Part shown: positions 11,020 to 23,149 of the stretch, one piece after another | Position numbering within the stretch: the first letter of the stretch is position 1 | Layout of the letters: every line of letters begins with the position of its first letter | Assembly: GCF_963921235.1 (NCBI RefSeq) | Contig: NC_086097.1 | Coordinates: forward strand, 167,898,001 to 167,962,000 | DNA from: Mobula hypostoma | Lineage: Eukaryota | DNA: 64,000 bases | Direction: 5' to 3' | Notes under the pieces: model-generated | The model's input: only the letters and a program-made list of their open reading frames with translations | Told to the model about the DNA's origin: nothing | Database searches by the model: none | Program-made: the position numbers and the translations under genes

Positions 11020-11830
11020 TTCAAAGTTCAAAGACAATATTATCAAAGTACATATGTTCCCATATACTACCCTGAGATTCATTTTCTTGCAGGCATTTAC
11101 AGGGAAAAAGAAATACAATATAATTTATGAGAAACTATACATTAATTGACAAAGTGATGAACAGCCAATATGCAAAGACAATACTGAGAACGAGTTGTAA
11201 AGAGGATTCTGTAGGGCATAGAATCAGTTCAGAGTAGTTGTGAATGAAGTTAACTGCACCATTTCAAGAACCTGATTATTGTAGAATAATAACTCTTATT
11301 GATCCTAGTGATATGGGACTCAAGGCTTCTGTACCTCCTGCCCAATGGTAGTAGAGAGAACAGGGCATGGCTTGGATGATAGGGGTCTTTGATAATAGAT
11401 GCTGAATTCTTATGACAGCGAACCATGTAAGTGCTTCCACAAGTGGTGGGGAGGGATTTACCTGTGATGAACTGGGCTGTGAGCACCACTTTCTATAGCC
11501 TTTTCCATTCATGGGCATTCCACACCAGGCTGCGGTGCGACCAGTTAGGATACTCCCCATAGAAGTTTGTCAAAGGTTTTTGGTGACATAACAAGTCCAC
11601 ACAACCTTCTAAGAAAGTAGAGATGTTGTGATGACACTTATGTATGACTCCCAGGACAGATCGTCTGACATGTTAACACCAAGGAATTTAAAACTGCTGA
11701 CTCTGTCCACCTCCGATCCCCTAATAAGTAGTGGCTCATGGACCTCTGGCTTCTTCCTTCTGTAGTCAATGATCAGATCCTTGTTTTTGCTGATGTTGAT
11801 TGAGTAGCTGTTCTTCGGTACCACAGCCAG
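11020..11830 (-). mobile_element. Rex1/Babar-type LINE 3' fragment
   Basis: INISKNKDLIIDYRR...VDRVSSFKFLGVNMSDDLSW and IIKDPYHPSHALFSLLPLGRRYRSL motifs. Confidence 0.85.
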
Positions 11831-11904
11831 ATTTTCATTCTTCCTCTATGCTATCAGACTATTCAGATAGTTTGGATCAGGCTTACTATGTGATGTTTAC
11901 CACA

Positions 11905-12055
11905 TTCCATTCCCACTCACTGGGACCCCAGTTTCCACTTTCCCTTCCTACCCACTGGGAGCCTAGATCCCAATTTCCTTTCCTACCCACTGGACCCCAG
12001 TTCCCATATTCCCTTCCTTCCCACTGGGACCCCAATTCTCACATTCCCTTCCCTA
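11905..12055. repeat. Degenerate minisatellite, about 4 units of ~33-40 bp
   Basis: Recurring CCCACTGGGACCCCA...TTCCCTTCCT unit. Confidence 0.75.
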
Positions 12056-13309
12056 AAGAGATTAAAGATTATCGTAGTGGAGAAGAGGGGTGGAAATATT
12101 CAGGAAGGCAATAACAGAGATTGGCAGCTTTGGTTTTAGAAGACAGTGGAATTAAAATCAGTCTGCAGAGAATCCTTGTTTCAATTATGTCATTAATTTA
12201 TAGGGATAGGGGTCATTGTAGAGACAAGAGGACAGAAGGACAGTTGAGAGATAAGTAAACAAAAATGATTAAACATCTCTTAAGCAAGAGACAGTATAGG
12301 TTAGAGGTGATTTGTGAGTAAGACTTCCTGCATGTTAGGCCCAGGCTGCAGATTGTTGGGTGGCCTCCTGTTTATGGTGGCTACAATGGTTAGTGTTGGA
12401 GCAGTCAGTCTTATAGGTGAGAGAGGGGTGAGAGTTTCATCAGCCAATGAGCTGAGTCAAGAACAGAACCTAGTGGAAATATCCTGAGTGATGTTTAGTC
12501 ACAGTCTCCTCTTGTGATCAAACATGACAGTGTTGAGCAGAACCATATAGCCTGTGCCAGAGAAGTCATTTTAGCAGAAAATATTATCACTAAAATTAGT
12601 TCTTTGTCTCTAAATATTTGTAATACACTTATATGAAAAACTGCCCTTGGAAGGAGCATTTTCTCAGCCTGTTATTGAGAAACGTTGATCTCTGCAAAGC
12701 ACGTTAATGCTGATAACTCAATTGCAAATGTTATTTCTTTCAAAAATAATTCAGGAATCAAATGCTCGCTGCTATTTCTGCCTGCCTGAACAACTTTTTG
12801 TTTCATTTGTTCATTCAAATCTGTTTCTACAGAAGTTCAAAGAAGTACAACCCTTTAATGAGAAAATCCCCTTCATCTCATTCTTTAAGTTAGCAACCCC
12901 TCTTCCTGAAGTCATGATCTGTAGATCTAAAGTCTTCAACAAGTAAATGTTTCCATCCAGTGTGCACCTTGTGACAGACATTTAGAAATTTTATATTATG
13001 GTGAGCACACGTCTCCCATTTATTTTGGGTTAAGAAGGGAGATCACATTCTTCTAAACTCCAAGGACTGGAGGCTTTGCACTCCTGTAACGATTCCTCAG
13101 ATTACTGCGGTGCAGTTTATGGTGAAGGAATGAGGGTAGATGGTGGGGCCAGGGTGGAATCAGAGGGCAGTGGGAGTTGCAGTCAAAGATAAGATACCTG
13201 TTGTGTCGAGTTTCAAAGTGCTTGGCGGTTTTAATTGTCTTATCTTGTTTCCAGTCATATGGCTGCCAACTGATGCATAAATTCAAGCTGATTGCAAGCT
13301 GTGACAAAC

Positions 13310-13605
13310 TATGTTGAGTGCATATGTAAATATATCTTCAGAATTTGGCTGCAGATTTTGTATATTTGGGAGTAGTATACATCTGCCTCTGTATATGTAC
13401 ATACATCTGTGCATGCATATGCAAGTGTGTGAGCAAGCATGCACACACATCCTTGTAAGTAAGCACATGTATATATGTCCTCATACATCTGCCTATTGAT
13501 ATGGCTTTGCATCCTGCATGTCTCTATAAGTAGGTCTCTGTCTGTGTTTGTATATGTGTCCATATGCATGCATGTGTCTCTGCATATGCCCATGTTTTGT
13601 GTGTA
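13310..13605. repeat. Degenerate alternating purine-pyrimidine (TG/CA/TA) tract
   Basis: RY-alternating low complexity; similar tracts at 14780-15045, 27850-28170 and 29095-29320. Confidence 0.7.
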
Positions 13606-13607
13606 AA

Positions 13608-14403
13608 CATTGGATTCCAGTTAATTAAGCCATTGGTTAATCAGGGCAGCTGCATATTTTGGAGAACTCTTAAAGCACAAAAACTAGTCAAGAAAATAGT
13701 ACGGATTCCCTTCATTTATTGGGACACTGTGTCATTAACTGAGACGGGAAACTTGGCAAACAGTTTCTAACTAGCATCAGTTGTGTGCACTTGTGTGGTC
13801 GTTGGACATGACACTGTACTTAGAGTGATCAGGTTTTAAATAGTGGCGGTGTTTGTGTTCAAAATGCAGTGATCTTTGTCACTGATGGTTAACAAGAAAT
13901 AAGCAGTAAGACAATTCAAAACTGCTTTGCTCACTGTGGTTTCAAGCATTCAGGCTTGGAAAGACCAAAAATGACTGGGAGTGAAAATGAAACAATTTCA
14001 CTACTTCAACAAGTTAGGGATTAATCATTTGAAGGTATCAACAATCATCTTGAATGTTTTAGAGGATACAGTTGTCAAAATCATTGTATGAAGGCAGTCC
14101 ATTATCTGCACTAGGTACCTACACTGATTTGTTCAATTACAGTCAGTCAAAAGAATGCAGCAGCATACACTGGATGAAATCCTCCATCATTAACTAGTAG
14201 CAACTAATACACAGTTTTATAATACTGTAGCAGCATTGGTAGTGTTCTAATTTGTTCTGGATTTTACTTACTCTGTTAAGTGGTAGTTTGTCTTTTTCAT
14301 ACCTTTTTAATGATTTCCAAGAAACTTTCACTGATTGGGGCAGCTGCTTAATTGGGCCAAAATGTACTGGTCCCAATGTGCCCCAATTAACCAGAATCCA
14401 TTG
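13608..14403 (+). mobile_element. pogo/Tigger-like internally deleted DNA transposon
   Basis: TIRs CATTGGATTCCAGTTAATT / AATTAACCAGAATCCATTG followed by TA; internal TIQNCFAHCGFK (Tigger DDE C-terminal motif); partial inverted copy at about 21310-21592. Confidence 0.7.
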
Positions 14404-14874
14404 TATATACATGTGGAAATATACCGATCAATGTGTATGTGTATGTGAGGGAGTTAGATATGGCCCTTGTGGCTATGGGGGTCAGGGGGTATGGAGGGAA
14501 GGCTGGGGCGGGGTTCTGAGTTGGATGATCAGCCATGATCATAATAAATGGTGGTGCAGGCTCGAAGGGCCAAATGGCCTACTCCTGCACCTATTTTCTA
14601 TGTTTCTATGTTTCTATTACATGCATACATTTGAACCTTCATGCATGCATTCCGGTATACATATAAGGGAAAATCTGCAGATGCTGGAAATCCAAGCAAC
14701 ACACACAAAATGCTGGAGGAACTCAGCAGGCCAGGCAGCATCTGTGGAAAAGAATAGATGCTAAAGGGTCTTGGCCCTGCATGCCTATGCATTTGCACAC
14801 ATTAAAGCTTTGTGTATGTGTGCTTATGAAATGTGTGTATATATGCATGCATGTTTGTGTGTTCGTGTATGTCT

Positions 14875-15142
14875 GTGTGTGTGTGAGAGAGAGAGATATT
14901 GGATAAACTATAGGGTATTTTGCCTGTTAATGTGATAAAGGTCTTTAAATATCTATATTGGAATCTCCCCCTCCCATTCAATGTGTATGTGTGCATCTGT
15001 GTGTGTGTGTGTGTGTTTGTGTGTGAGAGAGAGAGAAAGAGAGAAATATTGTATTAACTAAAGAGCATTTTGTCAATTAATGGGATAAAGGTCTTTAAAT
15101 CTCTAAATTGGAATCTCCCCTCACTCCCCTATTCAATGTGTA
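14875..15142. repeat. Diverged ~130-bp tandem duplication
   Basis: Two copies of (GT)n(GA)n...GATAAAGGTCTTTAAAT...TTGGAATCTCCCC...ATTCAATGTGTA. Confidence 0.8.
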
Positions 15143-15271
15143 AGTAAATTTAAACCCAGCACAGAATGAATGAGAACACAAGGAAATCTGCAGATGCTGG
15201 AATTTCAAGCAACACACAGAAAGGTTGCTGGTGAACGCAGCAGGCCAGGCAGCATCTATAGGAAGAGGTAC

Positions 15272-15307
15272 AGTCGACGTTTCGGGCCGAGACCCTTCGT
15301 CAGGACT
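15272..15307 (-). ncRNA. Minimal type-I hammerhead ribozyme motif (intact core)
   Basis: AGUC-CUGACGA-A-GGGU-CUCG-GCCC-GAAA-C-GUC^GACU: helix I AGUC/GACU, conserved CUGANGA and GAAA boxes, helix II, helix III reduced to palindromic ACGU, GUC cleavage triplet. Confidence 0.8.
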
Positions 15308-15487
15308 AACTGAAGGGTCTGGAAGTCCTAACAAAGAGTCTCAGCCCGAAACTTCAACTGTACCTCTTCTTATAGATGCTGCCTGGCCTGCTGCGTTCAC
15401 CAGCAATTGTTGTGTGTGTTGCACAGAATCAACTAGAATAGGAGGGAAAAAGGGCTTTCAAATCTCTTACTATCTCTTCTTTCAGTT

Positions 15488-15523
15488 AGTCCTGACGAAG
15501 GGTCTCGGCCCAAAACGTCGACT
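15488..15523 (+). ncRNA. Minimal hammerhead motif, GAAA>AAAA mutant
   Basis: Identical to 15272-15307 except for the conserved G12 changed to A at a CpG. Confidence 0.7.
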
Positions 15524-16581
15524 GTACCTCTTCCTAGAGATGCTGCCTGGCCTGCTGCGTTCACCAGCAATTTTTATGTGTGTTGCTTGAAATTCCAGCA
15601 TCTGCAGATTTCCTCATGTTTGTGTTTTTGAATTCTCTCATTATTTGTGCTGATGCAGGAGTGGAGCTGCATGGTTTGTGCTGTTTATTTAACTGCATCT
15701 GTTCCTATGTGGAGACATTTGATGGCAACCAAACACTTGGGTCCAAACATGACTGAACAAAGAACAGCATCACCCCTGCAATGTGCAGTTGGAGAGAAAA
15801 ATGGCCCCAGGAGGAGGGGTGAGTGGGGGGGGGGTGATGGGATGGCTTCGCTTATTATTTGAGCTTCATTGTATCATCAACAGGAAACCACCCTCACACA
15901 ATCTCCAGTGCAAAGGTTCTGTGTCAGACCACAATGCTAAAGTAGTTGTTATTATTCAGCTTCATAAATGCAATGGAAAGGGGTAACTGTAATGTTAACT
16001 CTGAGAAATCGTCACCATTATGTAACCTGATGAGTGAATGGTTAGTGGCTGACACTACGCAGCCACATACTGGATGAAGCAAAATATTAGCCGGATGGCA
16101 TACACTGGTTACCATTTCCCAGGGTTGTTTTCTTTGGGGCAGTGGAAGCTGAGGGGAAACCTGATACAAGTTCATAAAATTATGAGAGGCATCTTTTTCC
16201 CAGGGTCAAAATGCTTAACACCGGAGTGTGTGCATTTAAGGTGAGGGGGGGAACGTTGAAAGGTGATTCGCAGGGCAGAGAGTGGTGAAGTGCACTGGCA
16301 GGGGTGGTGATAAAGGTGTGGAAGAGACTCTTAGACGGGCACATGAATGTGCAGGTAGTTTTGTGCCTTGGCACTGTATTGCTGCAACAAAGCAAGGAAT
16401 TTCACTGCATGTAAGACAGGGATGATGAACCTGATACTCATTATGATTCTGATATGGACCACATGCAGGCTTAGGAGGAATTCCTTTAGCCGGAGGGTGG
16501 TGTCCATTGCCACAGACGGTGGTTGGCAGGCTCTTGATTATTAAGGTTGTCAAAGATTATGGAAAGAAGGCAGGAGAATGG

Positions 16582-16738
16582 TAAACACAAAATAATCTGC
16601 AGATGCTGAGGTCAAAGCAACACACAACACGCTGGAGGAACTCAGCAGGTCGGGCAGCATCCGTGGAAAAGATCGGTCGACCGATCTTTTCCATGGATGC
16701 TGCCTGACCTGTTGAGTTCCTCTAGCATGTTGTGAGTG
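16582..16738. mobile_element. Loop-less fold-back Penelope-repeat insertion
   Basis: Near-perfect palindrome centred on GTC|GAC (16676-16681); 14-bp TSD AGGCAGGAGAATGG (16568-16581 / 16739-16752); inserted in a CR1 tail. Confidence 0.85.
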
Positions 16739-17779
16739 AGGCAGGAGAATGGGGTTGAAGGGAAACTAAATCAGCCATGATCAAATGGCAGAGCAGACTT
16801 AATGGGCCAAATGGCCTAATTCTTCTCCTGGTCTTAAGTAGGGAACATTAGCTTTATTAGTTTGGCAGAACAGTGTGGGGTGAAAGCCCTGGCCCTGTTC
16901 CTGTGCTGTACTGTCCTATGCTTTGCTACTCTATCAGCAAACTGGCTCCAGCTGCTGCTTGCTCAAGCACCAAAGCAGAACTAGAGCCGCCAAAGAACAT
17001 CCTTCAAAACTGGCGGGGGGGGGAACTACAGAAGCTGGAAGTCTGAAATGAAAACAAAAACACTGGAAATGCTGAACAGCTCAGACAGTATCCATGGAAG
17101 GGGAGACAATGAATGAGCAGAGGAGGTGGGACCAGGGATGGTTAGAACAAAGGGAATGTTTCTGATCGGCTGAGACCAAATGACTTACTAAGGCTACATA
17201 CAAAATTCTGGAGGAACTCAGCAGGTCAGGCAGCATCCATGTTGTTGATGGTAAAACTGTGAAAACCAGCTGACCAGGGTACATAACTGAATGAAAAACA
17301 AAATAAACAAAAATGCCAAATGGCCAGTCCTGATACGTAAATAAAAACAGAGTGAGTTATCGAAAACTGGTAAGCCTAGATGGAAGATGACATAAGATGG
17401 TGCTTTAACATATGACTTTTGTCTGTTTCCTTAGTATATAACATCTCTTTGTCACAGCCAGACTGCTGGTTTAATTCACCCCACCCCTGCCACTCCTCAC
17501 CAAAAGAAATGCTCACCTTGAACTGCTTGGCTCTTCTTTTAGCCCAAGCCTCACATTCCTCATCAATTAGTTGAGCACCACTAGCGCTCCCATGCACAGA
17601 ACTCTCTGTATTCAGTGCCCCATCCTGAGCTGCACTATCCCTCACTCTCTGCATGATGGTACGATACCCATTAAAACATCAGGTACTGCAGTCTACAACC
17701 CTGCCAGTTGACTGGAGAAGGCCAAACATTGTCTCGAGCCCACCTGATCAGTGGTTGGAGAGAGCTTAGACTAATTTGG

Positions 17780-18420
17780 GGAGGGAGGAGAAGATGGCGG
17801 CGCGACACAGGCGTGCGGCCGTTCCGAATGATATCGTATGTGTTAACTAGGATGCCGTGCACAATCCTGATTTGATGGAGACAACCATAAGAAGCACGGA
17901 GGAACACCTGGAGAAACTTCTGAAATGCCCGCTTCGCTGCTGCTGCTATTGTGCGATTGAGAATCTCCAGAGGGGAGGGCCCCAAATCCTCGGCTTTACC
18001 TATTGCCTGTTGCCGGGGCCGGGGTCGAAGCGCTCGGCAGAGATGGTGCTCGGTGTTAGAGAGCTGGTCGGAGGCTTGAAGTTTTCAGACAAACTCGGAG
18101 TCAGACTGTGGTCGGATGCTTCCAGGATACTGCATCAGCAAGTTTGTGGCGCTGGAGGTTCACCGTCTGCATGAGATGATGGGACTTTTGAGAGACTTTG
18201 AGACTTTTTACCATGCCCATGGTTTGTTCTTTATCAAATTACGGTATTGCTTTGCACTGTTGTAACTATATGTTACAATTATGTGGTTTTTGTCAGTTTT
18301 CAGTCGATTTGTCATGTGTTTCTGTGATATCATTCTGAAGAAACATTGTATCATTTCTCAATGCGTGCATTACTAGGTGACAATAAAAGAGGACTGCATG
18401 TCCTCATAATCTAATCTAAA
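17780..18420 (+). mobile_element. Probable non-autonomous retroposon (CpG-rich head, LINE-like tail)
   Basis: Head AAGATGGCGG (YY1-type motif, 17791-17800), CpG-rich body, AATAAA and (AATCT)n end. Confidence 0.55.
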
Positions 18421-19429
18421 TAACGAGTGGCCTGGCCTGTTCCTGCTTAATTTCTGGGATCAGCCTGGATTAGACATTTGCAAGGCCTGTAGCAGCAGGT
18501 CCAGGCAAGGACACAGTTCTGTGGATACTGAGAAAATGGTGTCTGTTATGAATTCAGGAGAATGTTACTACGAGGCTCAATAACCTTTTTCAAATTGTGC
18601 AGGGCGTTCTTCTCTTGAACTCTCAAGTTTGATTGCTATCTGTGCATCACATCTGTAATAAGCTATTGAGGTTAAAATTTATCTTTTAATACTATCTGTT
18701 AGTGTACAGCAGTTTTTAATACCTCTTCACCAGTATGAGTTTTATTTTTGTTAAATTTTCAAACCCAGAGCGAAAATAATCACTGTTCATTTACAGCGTG
18801 CAGCAGCTTGTGGTGGAGTAACAGTTTTAATGAAATAAATATTTTATTTTAACCTCTGTAATTTCCACTTTGGTTGGGTGTGTTTTATGAAATGGTGGTG
18901 ACAAGATACATTGTGTCACACACAAGCAGAGTACTTTTGCTCATACTGCCTATGCACCATAAGTTTGGAGTCAGCCAATTAACACAACACTGGCATTCTC
19001 ATATTTTCCTCATGGCGAAGAAGGGGGCCGTTCAGCCCATCTAGATGTGTGCCAGCTCTTGGAGCGATGTCCCAGGTCCCATTCTCCTGCTTATTTCCCT
19101 GTTGCACACTCATTTCCGGCATCATTGGCCAATTAACCAACCAACCAACCAGCCTGCAGCATGTCTTTTAGATGTGAGCTGAATCTGAAGCACATAGGAG
19201 AGGAAAGTCAGCAGGTTGGCTTCTTGGAGGGGCTGAGGCTACTCGGTATTTGGTGGGTTGACTGATTCTAGCCCAGTCAACATTAAACATAAGTGGTACA
19301 TGACCGGTCAGACTCTCTGCCACTTGGCTGTATAGGATCCCGTGGCATTAAAGCAAAATTCTCTACGTGCCTTTTCAAATAAAAAGGTGCAAAAGAAATC
19401 ACAATACATGCCAAAACAAAAGTGCCAGA

Positions 19430-19960
19430 GGTCACCTAAAGTTATTGTATTGCATGCAGTTCTGGACATCCCATTGCAGGAAGGATATGCAGGCTTTGGA
19501 CAGGGTACAGTTGCTCGCTGATGTACTGCCTGGATTAGAGGGTATTAGAGCTTGCACAAACTTGGGTTGTTTTCTCTGAACCACTGGAGACCGAGGGGAG
19601 ATTTGATCAAAATCTATAAATAATGAGAGGCAAATTTAAGGTCAGAATAATTTTTCGCAGAGTGGAAATGTCAAATACTAGAGAACATGCTTTTAAGATG
19701 AGGGGGAGAGTTTAAGGGAGATGTTTGGGGCATTTTTTTTAATGCAGAGAATACTAGGTGCCTGGAATGGGCTGCCAGAAACAGTAATAGAAACAGTTAA
19801 GATAGTAATATTTCAGTGATAGACACATAGATCCACAAGGAATGGAGGAATATGCATCATGTGCCAGCAGGAGATATTTAGTTTAATATGACCTCATGTA
19901 CAGCACAGACATCATGGGCCGAAGGGCCTATTTATGTGCTCTGGTGTTCTATGTCCTACA
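19430..19960 (+). mobile_element. Decayed CR1 3' fragment
   Basis: YCMQFWTSHCRKDMQALDRVQ motif and GGGCCGAAGGGCCT tail. Confidence 0.75.
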
Positions 19961-21869
19961 TACTATAAAAGATTGATTACAAAAATGTATCCAACTGTTA
20001 CTCATTGCAGTTTATCAGCTACTTAATTGTCTGAAACCGAAAAAAACTGCAGAAGAGCCACTTGCTACCTCATTATTAATCACTGGACCTTTTAGCACAG
20101 GTTCCAGGGATGCTTCACCCACATATTTCCTTTGAGTGGACTTTATTCCAAGGCCATACAATGCCTCTGCACCTTCTGCCCAACAACCTGATTTTGATCC
20201 GCAAGCCCATGTGTTCTGTATATGGACCCCAAGGGAATGGGCAGAGCTTTGCCACAAGTTCAGATTTATTATCATAGGTATACATACCCATGATATAAAT
20301 GCCATGAAAATTTGATTTTGCAGCAACACATAAACATGACAAATGTAAATTGCATTCACCTAAATTAACAAGTTATATATACCTTCCAGGAGAAAATGAA
20401 CAGCAATAGACTTATTGACGAAAGTGCAATTTGAGGGATATATAGTCCAAGGTAGAATTAGGGTTTTTCAGGTGGGTTCAGGGACCTGGTGTCAGTGGGG
20501 AAAGTCCCTCGACAGAATCAGCAAAATCCATTTGCATACTTCCCTATCCAGCGGAGGGTTGTCAGGATGGTGTGGGATTTCTCCACCCAATCTTTAGTGT
20601 CACTGGAATTGCATTGGGCCACTAACGATGATGACAGAGCCCCATTTCATGCCTGAGGCCAGTTGCCAAACGCCTGCCTCCCATGTGCCCTACACACAAT
20701 TTCCAGCAAACAATTCATATGGAATTGTGGTGCTCAAAGTCCATCTCAGTGTGTTAAGTGTCAAAATTCACAGTGTGAAGGTTTGGTCTTATGATCATTA
20801 AACGAGGTGAAAGTGGATTAGTGTAAAAATTGTCAGACATCTATTTAGGAATATCTGTTGACATTCAGTGCAATATAGTGCTGTCTGAATCTATCTGGAG
20901 CATTCTGCCTCCAGCCTGCTTTATGACCCTGGCAAGCAATAGTTTCACACCATCCGTTGGCACAGCCTTCCTGCTGGAACCAGATCCTGCAAGGACAACG
21001 TTCCCCTCCAGTAAGCGGGGCCAATGATATAGTGATCTCATTTACAACGATCTGGTTGAAGTATTGATCATCACTGTAATACTGATGGATGGCATCTGTT
21101 ACTGGCAGATTGCATCAAGTCATGCAGTTGTTTATTTAGGATGCCAGTCACCAATGGGAGCACAGATTATCCTATTGTTTTGTGGAATAACAACTGTTTC
21201 CTACATCTTTAACCAAACATTTGATCATTTGCATTTTCACTCCTGGTCATTTCTGGCATCTCCAAGGCCAAATGTTTGAAACTACAGTGGGCAAAACAAT
21301 TCTGAATTGTTATTCACCATCAGTGACAAAAATCACTGCATTTTGAACACAAATATACGCAAGTGATGCTATTAAAAAAACTCTTCACTCTAAGCACGGT
21401 GCAGTGTCTAACAGCCACACAAGTTCATGTGACTGACGCTAGCTAGAAACTGTTCAGCAACCATCTCCTGTACCAATTAAATGGTATAGTGTCCCAAATA
21501 AACAAAGGGCATTGAGCAATTTTATCCATTTGTTTTTGATCTTTAATGTCCCAAATAAAGGGCTACCCCGATTAACAATTAACCAGAATCCATGAATCTT
21601 GCCTTAATAGACCCCGTATAAAGTATTGCTATGCTGAAGACTGTATCAATCCAAATTGGTGTTATTAAGTAACCAACAGTCTGTCCTGGGTGATGAACAG
21701 GTTCTGTTTTTACAGACATCCATAAGTCATTTTTGAACCTAAGTCAGAAAATACACAAAATCATTTAACATTGTAACCGCACCTCCACAGAGTTGAAATG
21801 AACAACACCAAAAGCACATCAGACAAATACGAAAGAACAATTACTAAAAGTGGAGGAAGGAAACTAGTT

Positions 21870-22641
21870 CTGTTAGTTGCACAAACGGAGGAAGAACGAC
21901 AAAACTTAATTGATATAGTTGTTGAAGAAAGTGCAAAAATGGGTCTATCTGTCAATCGCAAAAAGACAGAATGTACGGTGATATCCAAAAAGAAGGAGAA
22001 TCCTATCTGCAGGCTGAAAATAAACGGGGAAGACATAAAACAAGTACAGAACTTTTGCTACGTAGGAAGCTGGGTGACATCAGATGGCAGGTGCAACATG
22101 GACATCAAAAGAAGAATAGGGATGGCAAAAGATACCTTTATGAGAAAGAAGGGTATAATGACCAACACTAAACTAGGCATGACAACCCGCCTCAGAGTAC
22201 TGAAATGTTACGTTTATCCAGTTATGTTATGTGGTTCAGAATGTTGGACAATATCTAGTAACATGAGGAAACGAGTTGAATCAGCAGAGATGTAGTTTTT
22301 GAGGAGGATGCAAAGAATATCATGAACGAAATGAATATCTAACGAGGATGTCATGTACAGAGCAAGCATAGAAAGAGAAATAATGTATGAGATCATGAAA
22401 AGGCAATATAACTTCATTGGACATGTGATTAGGAAAAAGGAGTTAGAATACACGGTAATTATGGGAAAGATTGAAGGGAAGAAAGCAAGAAGAAGACAAA
22501 GACAAATGATGATGGAGACAGCAGCCCGAGAACTGGAACTGAATACCAATGAATTGATCCAGTTGACCCGAAACAGGAGTGTGTGGGCCATGGCAGTCAA
22601 AGTTCAATCTGGGCATGGCACCTGATGATGATGATGATGAT
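21870..22641 (+). mobile_element. RTE-clade LINE 3' fragment with (GAT)n tail
   Basis: KMGLSVNRKKT, FCYVGSWVTSDGRC, VMLCGSECWTI and GKIEGKKARRRQR motifs; stop codons; TGATGATGA tail. Confidence 0.85.
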
Positions 22642-23149
22642 ATATGTATGTTGGGCTTTTGAATTTGAAGCTTGCTTAGATGTAGGGGTGTCCCTAAGTT
22701 CAGTATTGGTAACCTAACTCAGACCGTACATGCGAATAACCACAATATGTATTTCCTTGCTTCTGTTTGAAGGATTGGATCATCATTAACTTATAAGAAA
22801 AGCATTGAGCCAGCTGGAGTATGGAATTTATATGTTTATCTTCACATGTACAATCAGTTCTACAGGTGCTTAAGAACATCTCCATATGCCTTGATGTTTT
22901 TTTAGTTTGATACAATCTCTGATTTCTAAATCATGAATCCTGATTCAGGAGCAGTGTATAACTGAGATTTCTAAATCATGCAACCTCAGAAATATAATAT
23001 CCATATCCAGACCTGATGGTTAGTAATCCCGGTTCCCACCTCTCAGCCACAGCCTCTAAGAATGCTCACCTGGGTAGTTACTGAATGAGATGAAGGTATC
23101 TCTCTCAATCACTCCTTCAAGCAGCATGTCAGAACCTCTCCATCAATCG

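Larger units (their letters stand above)
15175..15625. mobile_element. Cluster of three Penelope terminal repeats (one minus, two plus)
   Basis: Inverted pair at about 15200-15421 (flanked by GCACAGAAT at 15159 and 15421) and a third copy at about 15458-15625; each carries a hammerhead motif. Confidence 0.8.

Noticed and set aside
11905..12055. CRISPR-like array
   Set aside because: Degenerate tandem units without unique spacers, in a eukaryotic context with no cas genes.
14252..14764. 170-aa ORF
   Set aside because: A chance read-through across a Tigger end, a CR1 tail and a Penelope repeat.
17376..17750. Minus-strand ORF with an apparent splice donor (AAG|GTGAGC at 17516)
   Set aside because: There is an in-frame stop just upstream and no recognisable protein; the DNA loosely resembles a decayed Tx1/L1 3' end.
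22921..22980. 15-bp direct repeat GATTTCTAAATCATG around a small hairpin
   Set aside because: Too short to assign; most likely a local micro-duplication.
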